Shown in pieces: positions 46,803 to 55,262 of a stretch of DNA of 64,000 nucleotides. This stretch comes from Candidatus Micrarchaeota archaeon (GTDB taxonomy: Archaea > Micrarchaeota > Micrarchaeia > Micrarchaeales > CABMGC01): contig JAJZKO010000001.1 of NCBI GenBank assembly GCA_021850805.1, positions 45,885 through 109,884 on the forward strand, written 5' to 3'. Position 1 is the stretch's first letter; each line of letters begins with the position of its first letter. The translations under genes were made by a program, and so were the position numbers. Under the pieces are notes generated by a model. The model was not told the origin of the DNA. It saw only the letters and a program-made list of their open reading frames with translations, and made no database searches.

Positions 46803-47462
46803 TTGGATGCGGTTTACGCAAAAGGCAGGAGAGGGTTCATCCCTGATGAGATATACAATAAGCAGGTTAGGCCCAATATGGTTATCTCATGCGGGGATGC
46901 GATAGTTATTACATACAACGGCATTTTGCTTGGAAAGAGGCTAAATCCGCCGATGCAAGGCGAGTACTGGTTCCCGGGAGGGAGGCTGCATAAGGGCGAG
47001 GGACTGGAGGAATCAATTATAAAAAATGTTAAAAGCGAGACAGGTTTGGCGGTTGAAGTTGTCAAAGGGATGTTTCCAGTAATTGGAGATACCATATTTG
47101 CAGTAGGCGAGGACAGGCATTCCCTAAATACGACCCTTATAGTAAGGCATGTTGGGGGTGTGCCAGATCTTAGAAAGGATATAGAAGCTCCGAGATTCAT
47201 AAACAGCATCGAGGCTGACCTTCACCCTTATGTAAAAGAGATCCTGAGAAGAAGCGGTGTCTTCCATCCGGATGTAAAAGAGGTTCTTTGGAGCGGCGGC
47301 AGCGAGGTGCTGCAGAACCACCAGATACCAGGGATAGTACGGTATGATGAGACTGATCCGAAAGTAGCTCTGATGCAGATTGCAAGGCTTAGGGAATCAT
47401 ACCCTGACGCTGCGCAGCATGAGCTTGATAGGTTAAAGATTGCTTCTGAACTGCGCGAATGA
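46803..47462 (+). CDS. NUDIX hydrolase
   Basis: 219 aa. Nudix box GGRLHKGEGLEESIIKNVKSETGL. TTG start in the track, and the true start may be an internal Met. Confidence 0.75.
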   Translation: MDAVYAKGRRGFIPDEIYNKQVRPNMVISCGDAIVITYNGILLGKRLNPPMQGEYWFPGGRLHKGEGLEESIIKNVKSETGLAVEVVKGMFPVIGDTIFAVGEDRHSLNTTLIVRHVGGVPDLRKDIEAPRFINSIEADLHPYVKEILRRSGVFHPDVKEVLWSGGSEVLQNHQIPGIVRYDETDPKVALMQIARLRESYPDAAQHELDRLKIASELRE

Positions 47463-47566
47463 TCCGCTCTGCAATTGGATATAGACTATGCATCCAAGTT
47501 CTCCTGTTTCCAATCAAGGTTTTGTGCTGCCTGTACTGGGTAGGTTTGCTTTACTGCGCCGTGCCG

Positions 47567-48790
47567 TTACGGAGAGAATATTGCCGGGCTTTCCTCATGT
47601 AATGTACCTTCCTGCTGTCCTCCTGCTTTCCTCGTGGCGGATCTGAGGGATGCGCTTATATCAAAGACATGCCGCACATACTCGCCCATAAATGCATCCG
47701 TGTCCACGCCAAGCTTATCCAGTTCCTGCATCAGCTCTGGATATTTGGATTTATACTCGCCGTTTACGAAAGCGATAAATTTCTCGTATGCACTTGGCTC
47801 TGATGTGCCTGTTCCATACTTACCAGGAACCTGCTCGTGGAGTTCGTGCAGCTCCATGAGCTTCTCGTGCAGCTCGTTGCTGTGGCTCCTTACCGCATTG
47901 CCAATGTTTATGGTGCTGACTTTTATCCTGCCACCAGTTGAGCTTGAGAGGTTATGGAAGAGCTGATTGGAATTTAGGAGCAGATCTTCTATAGCGGCAA
48001 GCTCCTCTTTAGGAAGCGCATTCTTAAACTTATCCGTAAATGTATGGACTACAGCGAATAGCAGCAGGTTGGATTCGTTTGCCTTGCTTATCGTATCTGA
48101 CATGCCAGGATCAGTAATCTTTATCCCTGCGTTTAGCTTGTTTTCAAGGTCTTTCACGCGCTTTGATACTTCTCCGTATAGCTCGTTGATTGTTTCGTGG
48201 TACTCTTTCTTAGCGGCTGAAAGCAGTGCGGCTCCGGCGGGTCCCGCTACTGATAATGTAGCCGGTTCATGTAAAACATCAGAAGTTACCCTAGGCATCT
48301 CAAGCGTAGGCTGATCAGTTGTCGCTGTGCCTGCAGGTGCCCTTGGCTGGGTTATCGATGCGGCATTGTCCCTCTGCTCGCTTATGTATGATCTGAGCAT
48401 CTCTTTTGCAGCCTCTATGCCCTCTCCCCGCGAGGACATCTTATTTGCGGCGCTATACGCATAGGCAAGGGTCTCGCGCGCCGCTATAAGATCAACAAGG
48501 GCGCCGCGCATACGTACAAAATCATTCTGAAGCAGCATTTCCTGTAGATGCTTTACCAGCCTTTCCTCGGTTTCCAGCTGTTTCTTGGTAGGCGCCCCTT
48601 TTGTAGATGCGTATGCGGCAGGGATATCTTCCCCTACCATCTTCTCAAGCTTCCTGAAACGCGCAAGCCTCTCTCTAAAGGCTTTGTTTTCGCCTATGTC
48701 CTTGAGGTCCTTGTCATTGATAAATCTTGACTCTGCTTTCAGCTCATTCTGGCTCTCAACCTTATTCTTCCCCACGCTGATAATTGCCAT
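47567..48790 (-). CDS. hypothetical acidic/helical protein with a 5' end (first 20 codons) inside an inverted repeat
   Basis: 407 aa, no family recognised. Codons 1-20 (MAIISVGKNKVESQNELKAE) lie in IR-L and are antisense to a copy of the C-terminal coding sequence of gene 49185..50285. The true start is uncertain; the next Met is about residue 51. Confidence 0.5.
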   Translation of the reverse strand: MAIISVGKNKVESQNELKAESRFINDKDLKDIGENKAFRERLARFRKLEKMVGEDIPAAYASTKGAPTKKQLETEERLVKHLQEMLLQNDFVRMRGALVDLIAARETLAYAYSAANKMSSRGEGIEAAKEMLRSYISEQRDNAASITQPRAPAGTATTDQPTLEMPRVTSDVLHEPATLSVAGPAGAALLSAAKKEYHETINELYGEVSKRVKDLENKLNAGIKITDPGMSDTISKANESNLLLFAVVHTFTDKFKNALPKEELAAIEDLLLNSNQLFHNLSSSTGGRIKVSTINIGNAVRSHSNELHEKLMELHELHEQVPGKYGTGTSEPSAYEKFIAFVNGEYKSKYPELMQELDKLGVDTDAFMGEYVRHVFDISASLRSATRKAGGQQEGTLHEESPAIFSP

Positions 48791-48962
48791 AACCTACTCG
48801 ACGATAGTCCAGATGGGCGAGATAATAGGTGGAATGGCAAGGACTTCAGGAAGGCTGAGGCTTGTAGTATAACCTAGATGCGACAAAACCCATAGAAGCT
48901 ATCTTTAAATATCAGAAAAAACAGAATAAATATTGCCTAAATTGGCTAAAGGTACCCTTATG
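48730..48962. repeat. inverted repeat, left arm (233 bp)
   Basis: I reverse-complemented this segment block by block. It is identical to 49095-49327 over all 233 nt. Confidence 0.97.
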
Positions 48963-49094
48963 AACTTCGCTTATATTATGCAACATCCGCTGCAACTCCA
49001 GCATGCGCTTCTCTGCCTGATTAAGTACAGAAGGTATGCTGTTTATTGCGTTGTTTTCTTTTCTTGCTACGCCAGTATGTGGTTTTGCGAATAC

Positions 49095-49327
49095 CATAAG
49101 GGTACCTTTAGCCAATTTAGGCAATATTTATTCTGTTTTTTCTGATATTTAAAGATAGCTTCTATGGGTTTTGTCGCATCTAGGTTATACTACAAGCCTC
49201 AGCCTTCCTGAAGTCCTTGCCATTCCACCTATTATCTCGCCCATCTGGACTATCGTCGAGTAGGTTATGGCAATTATCAGCGTGGGGAAGAATAAGGTTG
49301 AGAGCCAGAATGAGCTGAAAGCAGAGT
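49095..49327. repeat. inverted repeat, right arm (233 bp)
   Basis: Perfect reverse complement of 48730-48962. Contains the last 47 codons plus stop of gene 49185..50285 and 90 nt of its 3' flank. Confidence 0.97.
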
Positions 49328-50285
49328 TGGCCTCCTGGACGTCAAGCACGAGCGGAGAACTTGGGGAGATGGCGTTCTGCTGCGCGCCGTTGCCTGCGCT
49401 GTATTTGTTCACCGATGTGGTTATTGTGCTTAGTTGGCTTGTCAGAGAGGCCGAGGTGAAGTAGTATGCTATTGAAAAAAGGACAGGCATTATGAAATAG
49501 AAACCTATCGCAGCTGCCATCATCATTCCTCCGAAAGAGCGTGTTGGGAGGAGTGCCCTGAAGGCAATCCCTGGGATAAGGAAGACTGGTATTGCCGCAT
49601 ACATGAAGAATAAAATTATGTAGTATTGCACGTACAAGGATATCAGGGCATCTATCATTAGCCCTACCACAGTTGTCACAGGCCAGTAGAAGTTGACCAT
49701 TATCGGCACGGTGAGTATCTTTCCTATGTTGGTATAGCACTGCGGTTCAAGCGGGTCTAGTTCATTCGGAACGCAGACGGTAAGCCTGAAGCTCGCGTAG
49801 AATGCGTCTACTACAGCATCATTCAGCATAGGCACAACCAGATTCTGGGTGGCGTTTATTGTGGTGGATATGTAAGATAGGGATGCGTTATACGGGTCTA
49901 TTGGGCCTGTTATTGTTGCGGTAAATGCGCCGAAGAGGGTGGCTGCTATGAGAAGGAAGAATACTGCAATTATAGCAGTCGCTGTTGCCTCGTACATCTC
50001 ACCTATGGCGAATGTCCGCAGCCTCTCGTTCTTGAATATCATGGCTGTCATGAAAACTGCGGCAGCTATTGCAAAAGAGAGCATCATTACTACCAATACC
50101 ACTGGCGACCATTTGTTCCATGAGTTTATCACCTGCTGGTTTATGCTGCTGCAGTACCATGGAGCAGTTACCTTGACAAATCCGCTTGATGCGCAGTAGT
50201 TGAAGAGCGAAGCTGCATTTGAGGCTGATGCAGAGAGGAATATTCCGAATATTATGATCATTCCTAGTTTATTCATGGCAATCAT
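49185..50285 (-). CDS. polytopic membrane protein, paralog family member 6 of 6
   Basis: 366 aa. Signal-like N-terminus, ERLRTFAIGEMYEATATAII segment, and motif FRALLPTRSFGGMMMAAAIGFYFIMP. Confidence 0.7.
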   Translation of the reverse strand: MIAMNKLGMIIIFGIFLSASASNAASLFNYCASSGFVKVTAPWYCSSINQQVINSWNKWSPVVLVVMMLSFAIAAAVFMTAMIFKNERLRTFAIGEMYEATATAIIAVFFLLIAATLFGAFTATITGPIDPYNASLSYISTTINATQNLVVPMLNDAVVDAFYASFRLTVCVPNELDPLEPQCYTNIGKILTVPIMVNFYWPVTTVVGLMIDALISLYVQYYIILFFMYAAIPVFLIPGIAFRALLPTRSFGGMMMAAAIGFYFIMPVLFSIAYYFTSASLTSQLSTITTSVNKYSAGNGAQQNAISPSSPLVLDVQEANSAFSSFWLSTLFFPTLIIAITYSTIVQMGEIIGGMARTSGRLRLVV

Positions 50286-51326
50286 TCATATTATGCTTGT
50301 AAGTATTGACATAAAATCCATCCTCTCCCCTATCGCCTTTGAGAAGTCTATTATGAACGTGTCAACTATTATGAAGTTCATCAGCGGAATCAGTGTCAGA
50401 CCCATTATTATGAATCCGACATAGAGCAGTATGACATTTATAAATGCATATATTGGTGCAACGCCTACCACTAGTGTAAAGAGGAATGTGAGCAGCGTGC
50501 TCCAGCTTAGGAGAAGCGCGCCTATGTTGATGTTGCTCAGGGCAAATGTTATGAACCCGTACGAGACCGTGACTAATAGAGGGTAGACAATGCCTATGCC
50601 CAAACCGAACGCTATCATTGCACCGCCGAATGTCCTGCTTATCCCGAAAGCCCTGCCTATGAGGCCCACGGTCATGAAGATTGAGAATAATATAGGGGAT
50701 GCGGCAATCAGGAGAAGCTGCATCTGCTCCGCAAGGAAGAGTATGAAAGCAAGCTGCATGTAAGGAGAAATATAGTGGAATACAGGATATACCGATTCTA
50801 TCGGATTGAAACTGAAAGATATGCTGGAGAAGACGAATGGTATTGATACGTGTATCCCTGGGGAGAATGCAATTAGCAGTGCGAGGTAGTATATTACCTG
50901 GGCAAAGTTGGCAAAGTCTGAATTAAATTGGAATACGTTGCACAGCGCCAGACCGTAAAATGTATTTATCGATGCACCATATGGCGTGTTCGTAGCAGGC
51001 TGGCATGCAGGAGGGAGAAGGCCCACGCTTTTGTAGATTGCTGCAGGCTGCGCGGAGCATATGAATCCTGACACGAATACGAATACGAACACCAGTATTA
51101 TGGTGAAGAGGGAATCGTAGATCTTTGACCTAACCCATACCCTTATGTCGCTCCTTCCGGCAAGAGGCGCCAGCATGAATATTAGGATAAGGACTGTTAT
51201 CACTGCAAGAGATGCTATGATTATTATTGGGAACCAGAACAGGTAAGGGGTCGAGAAGAAACTAGTAGCATTGGCAAGGCAGCTTCCGAGGAGGACATAT
51301 ACGTATGCGAATTGGCCAAGCATCAT
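50286..51326 (-). CDS. polytopic membrane protein, paralog family member 5 of 6
   Basis: 346 aa. Motif GRAFGISRTFGGAMIAFGLGIGIVYP. Abuts the next gene with a 0-nt gap. Confidence 0.7.
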   Translation of the reverse strand: MMLGQFAYVYVLLGSCLANATSFFSTPYLFWFPIIIIASLAVITVLILIFMLAPLAGRSDIRVWVRSKIYDSLFTIILVFVFVFVSGFICSAQPAAIYKSVGLLPPACQPATNTPYGASINTFYGLALCNVFQFNSDFANFAQVIYYLALLIAFSPGIHVSIPFVFSSISFSFNPIESVYPVFHYISPYMQLAFILFLAEQMQLLLIAASPILFSIFMTVGLIGRAFGISRTFGGAMIAFGLGIGIVYPLLVTVSYGFITFALSNINIGALLLSWSTLLTFLFTLVVGVAPIYAFINVILLYVGFIIMGLTLIPLMNFIIVDTFIIDFSKAIGERMDFMSILTSII

Positions 51327-52525
51327 ATCATCTTGCTAAGGACTTTTGAGCTCTGCAGCGATGGAGCCCCGAGCAGATCCCCAAGTATCTCTAGTATATC
51401 GTAACATATTATAATTGCTATCACAAAGCCTATCGCCTGAAATCCGAGGAACGAAACCGCCTTTATGAACGTGCCTATCTCGTTCAGCAGCTGGCCGTTT
51501 AGGCTTACCAGATTAAGGGAGAGCACCGTAAATAGGAATTTGGCAATCTCTGCGAACGGATCTGATAGAAGAGCGGTTGATGAGCACGGGCCTACAGTCG
51601 CAGCGCCTCCTGTGGAGGTATTGCATATGGGTGAGTTAGGGCTGGAGAAAACTACGGATATGCCGTAGACTATCGCAGGAAATATTATGTAGAAGGATAT
51701 GAACAACGCCATTAGGGTTCCTCCTGCGGCTCTTGTCCATGGTATCGAGCGTAGGATTATCCCCAAATAAAGGAAAATGGGTATGAAGAAATATATGAAG
51801 AGAAGCAGTATTATCATAGATATCCCCATTACACCGACGGTAAGTAGTGCTGATTCCTGTATCCAGAGCGTGGTCTGGATCAACTTTGCCCCGCCGAATG
51901 GCACAAAGGTTATTCCGAAGTTATTTGGCATCAGGTTTATTACGACAGAAGATAGCGTATGGTAGTATACGAGATTCTCGACAACGCCGAGGTAATCGTT
52001 ATATAGCGCGTTGTACACGAAATTCGTATATATGTTTGTGCATGTGCTTGTGTATAGTGCGGTCATGGCGGAGAGTGGGCTGCCACTGGGAGCCGCGGCT
52101 CCGGACGACCCGAGGGTGGCTATATTGGCAATGAACGCCACGCCCGGGTATAGGGCTATTGGGCCTGCGAGTATCAGCACAATTGCTATAAGGTTGACGA
52201 GACCTTCAAGCATCTCGGATTTTGCAATTGTCTTAAGCTTTTCTATGCCGAATGCGAAGCCTATAGCGTATACGAGACCCACAACAATGAACACCATGAG
52301 TATGATCATTGCAGATACAAGCAGTATTGTGCTGTATGAACTTGCCTGTATAAGCGATTTGCTTATCAGGGTCGGACCCGTGTTGCCAAGGCCGTTGTAT
52401 CCCTGGAAGAGAGAACTGCATTTGAATAGATCCGGGAAGAATACGCTTGTTGATCCCGCGTGCGCCTGAAGCAGTATGGAGAAGAAGGTCAATAAAGCGG
52501 CAATCAAATGGTAATTTTTCATCAT
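51323..52525 (-). CDS. polytopic membrane protein, paralog family member 4 of 6
   Basis: 400 aa. Signal peptide-like MMKNYHLIAALLTFFSILLQAHA. Motif LRSIPWTRAAGGTLMALFISFYIIFP. 4-nt overlaps at both ends. Confidence 0.7.
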   Translation of the reverse strand: MMKNYHLIAALLTFFSILLQAHAGSTSVFFPDLFKCSSLFQGYNGLGNTGPTLISKSLIQASSYSTILLVSAMIILMVFIVVGLVYAIGFAFGIEKLKTIAKSEMLEGLVNLIAIVLILAGPIALYPGVAFIANIATLGSSGAAAPSGSPLSAMTALYTSTCTNIYTNFVYNALYNDYLGVVENLVYYHTLSSVVINLMPNNFGITFVPFGGAKLIQTTLWIQESALLTVGVMGISMIILLLFIYFFIPIFLYLGIILRSIPWTRAAGGTLMALFISFYIIFPAIVYGISVVFSSPNSPICNTSTGGAATVGPCSSTALLSDPFAEIAKFLFTVLSLNLVSLNGQLLNEIGTFIKAVSFLGFQAIGFVIAIIICYDILEILGDLLGAPSLQSSKVLSKMI

Positions 52526-54081
52526 ACGAACCTCGATAGACCTATGATATTTACGTCTCCTCCGAAGAGATAAGAGAGCCCCATAGTTGCGGATATGATA
52601 AGTATAAGGTTAAGGATGGGTATTATGACACCGCTAACGGCCTCTATGCCGTAAAGGTGTATCAGGCCGAATGTGGTGTAAGCCGCGTTTATCGGCCCTA
52701 CATTATGGAACTGAAGGGGTGTAGCGCCGACGGGAAGGCTATATCCTATGAATGCGCTTGAGAATAAAGTTGTCAGGAGGCCTATAAAACTGAATCCTGG
52801 AACGAGGAAATACACGGCATACTCCATCTCTGAAGGAAGGATATCCTGCGGATAGTAGAAATCCAGGTTTATTATGTCCTTTGCCTTGGGGAATACGTAA
52901 AAGTCTATCGGCCTCTTGTAATAGCATGTCGTCCCAGTCGATCCTGAAGATGGCGGGAAGGTTCCGGGGCATGCACTTATTGGACCTGAGATTGTAGGAG
53001 GTATCCCGTTCTGGAGCTTGTTTGCGCTGGTATAGCAGTATAGCGCACCACTGTCGCTGCCGCTCACAACCCTGCCGCATAGCGGGGTCATTGCCGGTAT
53101 AGTGCTTGAGCCTATCGGTGTAATGCTTGAGGTGTTGCTTAGCGAGGAATATTCAAACATGAATATTATTGGATATATTGTCATCGCCACTACGACCATC
53201 GCCATTATTGTGCCCCCTGCTCTTCTTGTGAGCATGTTAGAGCGGAGTATCATCCCTGCCGCAAGAAGGTAAGGCCAGAGAAAGAGCAGTATGAATACGA
53301 ATATCATCTGGGCAAAGAATATGTAGAATATGAAGGTGGATTCTATTGCTAGAGAGGGCATTACAGACCTGTTGAAGAAGTAGCCGTAAAAGTAATCATA
53401 TGATATTGTTATGCTCGAATATCCCTCAGCACTTGCTGCGCCGAGAAACGGTATGAAGCACGTTTCTGGGAAGCAGAATCCGTTGAATACATGGAAGTTT
53501 CTCAAGAAGAGTATGAACGTGTCGTACTTGTAGAAAGAGTTGAGGTTGGCAACCGTCTGGTTTGTCATGTTTGCGGATAGGACGTATACAGATCCAAGCC
53601 CGTAATCAAGCTTGCCGGTAAATGTCCTGGAATTTATCACTTGGGAGCAGACAAGGTTAGTTGGGGAAGGTATCGGGCCTGGGAAGTTATATTTGCTGTT
53701 TATGATGTTTACCTGCGATCCCGACAGTGTCTTGCATATCGATGAGGTTACTGTAGGGTTTATTATTGAGGTTGTCTGAAGCGTTGTGCCGAGAAGGCTG
53801 AATAGGTATAGTATCAGTATTGCAAATATTATCGTGGCTATCGCCTGGAAGAATTCGTTCTTCCCTGCAGATTTGGCCCTCTGGTTGTTTAGTATGGAGC
53901 CTATCATATAGTAGAGGCCTGATACGATTGTGCTAAGCAGGACAGCGACGCCGACTGCAGGAAGCCACGTGGTGAATGAGGAATATTGGGATATTCCCGC
54001 GGGGGCAGCGTATGTGGTAAGCGTATACATGGCTACCGCGATGAGGGCAAATGGCATTACCTTTGGTATCTTAGTCTTCAT
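52522..54081 (-). CDS. polytopic membrane protein, paralog family member 3 of 6
   Basis: 519 aa. Motif LRSNMLTRRAGGTIMAMVVVAMTIYP. Larger, Cys-containing extracytoplasmic insert. Confidence 0.7.
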   Translation of the reverse strand: MKTKIPKVMPFALIAVAMYTLTTYAAPAGISQYSSFTTWLPAVGVAVLLSTIVSGLYYMIGSILNNQRAKSAGKNEFFQAIATIIFAILILYLFSLLGTTLQTTSIINPTVTSSICKTLSGSQVNIINSKYNFPGPIPSPTNLVCSQVINSRTFTGKLDYGLGSVYVLSANMTNQTVANLNSFYKYDTFILFLRNFHVFNGFCFPETCFIPFLGAASAEGYSSITISYDYFYGYFFNRSVMPSLAIESTFIFYIFFAQMIFVFILLFLWPYLLAAGMILRSNMLTRRAGGTIMAMVVVAMTIYPIIFMFEYSSLSNTSSITPIGSSTIPAMTPLCGRVVSGSDSGALYCYTSANKLQNGIPPTISGPISACPGTFPPSSGSTGTTCYYKRPIDFYVFPKAKDIINLDFYYPQDILPSEMEYAVYFLVPGFSFIGLLTTLFSSAFIGYSLPVGATPLQFHNVGPINAAYTTFGLIHLYGIEAVSGVIIPILNLILIISATMGLSYLFGGDVNIIGLSRFV

Positions 54082-54082
54082 C

Positions 54083-55258
54083 TCATCCCCAGAACGGGCC
54101 TATGCCCATTATCCTTGATATTGAACCGAATCCATTGGAAAGACCCTGTGCGAACCCGACGGTTATTGCGATGTCAAGTGCAACTAGGACTATTCCCTGG
54201 AAAGCATATGCTGCTATCTTGTATCCGTAGCCTATCAGTACCCCATTGAGATTGAAAAGTATGCTTATGAGATTTGAGAACGTGCTTCCATAGCCCCCCA
54301 GCCCTGAAGATGCAAGGCTTATGAAAGACGAGTAAGGGAGCTGCGTTCCGGCAAATGTTGTAACGCCCGCAGGCGAAGAAGAGAAGAGGTTTGCAACAGG
54401 AAGGTTTGTCAGCTGTGGTGAGAGTACGTATGCTGGATAGGGGTTGCATATGCTTATCAGCGGAGTGCATGGGGTGTAAAGCCATGCCATTATGAATCCA
54501 TTCATTATTATGGTAAGCGGGAATATGAAGTAGAAGCTTATCGCTATGGCAATGAATGAGTTAGACGCCTCCTTCAGCCTTGGGCCTGCAAATGGTATGA
54601 ATCTTATCAGTATAGCAACAGGAACTATCAGGGTAAGGGCTATCGACTGCAGAATGTCTAGAAAGAGCATGAGCACATATAGTATCCCGAACGTAACAAC
54701 TATTATTCCGGCGTAAGCCGTATTTAGTACGCTGGAGAAAGCGAAGTATATGCCTATTACATTGTGCCCTAGATCGAAGCCAATGAAGTTCTGGATGATG
54801 GTTATAGGTATTGACGTTATGAGGTCCATTATATTGGCGGCTATTACCAGATTTACAGATTCGGCATAGAGTTCTGTCCATAAGGAGAGCGCTTTTGAGA
54901 ATAGGAGATTCTGTATCGTGTATTCTGCGTATTGCATGGGGTTTGCATAGTTAACTGTAGCTCCGGCTATATACGCGCCCAGGTTGCATGAGAAGGCGGC
55001 GAGGCCTATTATTCCAGCTATTATGAATAAGGTAAGTATTATCTCTGCTGCCTCGTATCTCGATATGCCCTTAAGCTTCTCCCTGTAAGTCACGGGAAGT
55101 ATGTTTGCGATGGTATATATCAGGATTGTGAGTATCATTGCGAATAAAGCAACTACCCCGCTCACGGATATCCATCCTGTGACATACTGCCCGCCAAATG
55201 CACAGGAATTAGTGTAAGGGGAAGCGGCTGCGAGTATTGGTGCAAGTAGCCATAGCAT
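54083..55258 (-). CDS. polytopic membrane protein, paralog family member 2 of 6 (divergent motif)
   Basis: 391 aa. Same architecture, but the motif region is degenerate: IRFIPFAGPRLKEASNSFIAIAISFYFIFP, with no GG. Confidence 0.65.
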   Translation of the reverse strand: MLWLLAPILAAASPYTNSCAFGGQYVTGWISVSGVVALFAMILTILIYTIANILPVTYREKLKGISRYEAAEIILTLFIIAGIIGLAAFSCNLGAYIAGATVNYANPMQYAEYTIQNLLFSKALSLWTELYAESVNLVIAANIMDLITSIPITIIQNFIGFDLGHNVIGIYFAFSSVLNTAYAGIIVVTFGILYVLMLFLDILQSIALTLIVPVAILIRFIPFAGPRLKEASNSFIAIAISFYFIFPLTIIMNGFIMAWLYTPCTPLISICNPYPAYVLSPQLTNLPVANLFSSSPAGVTTFAGTQLPYSSFISLASSGLGGYGSTFSNLISILFNLNGVLIGYGYKIAAYAFQGIVLVALDIAITVGFAQGLSNGFGSISRIMGIGPFWG

Positions 55259-55262
55259 GTGA

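Noticed and set aside
48912-49145. Two mirror-image 70-aa ORFs (48912..49124 minus and 48933..49145 plus). Both start MPKLAKGTLM and end HKGTFSQFRQYLFCFF.
   Set aside because: Their identical ends are a direct consequence of the perfect inverted repeat, because each ORF starts in one arm and ends in the other. Both use a TTG start and have an odd composition. The minus-strand spacer frame (VFAKPHTGVARKENNAINSIPSVLNQAEKRMLELQRMLHNISEV) looks mildly protein-like, but I cannot support it as a gene.
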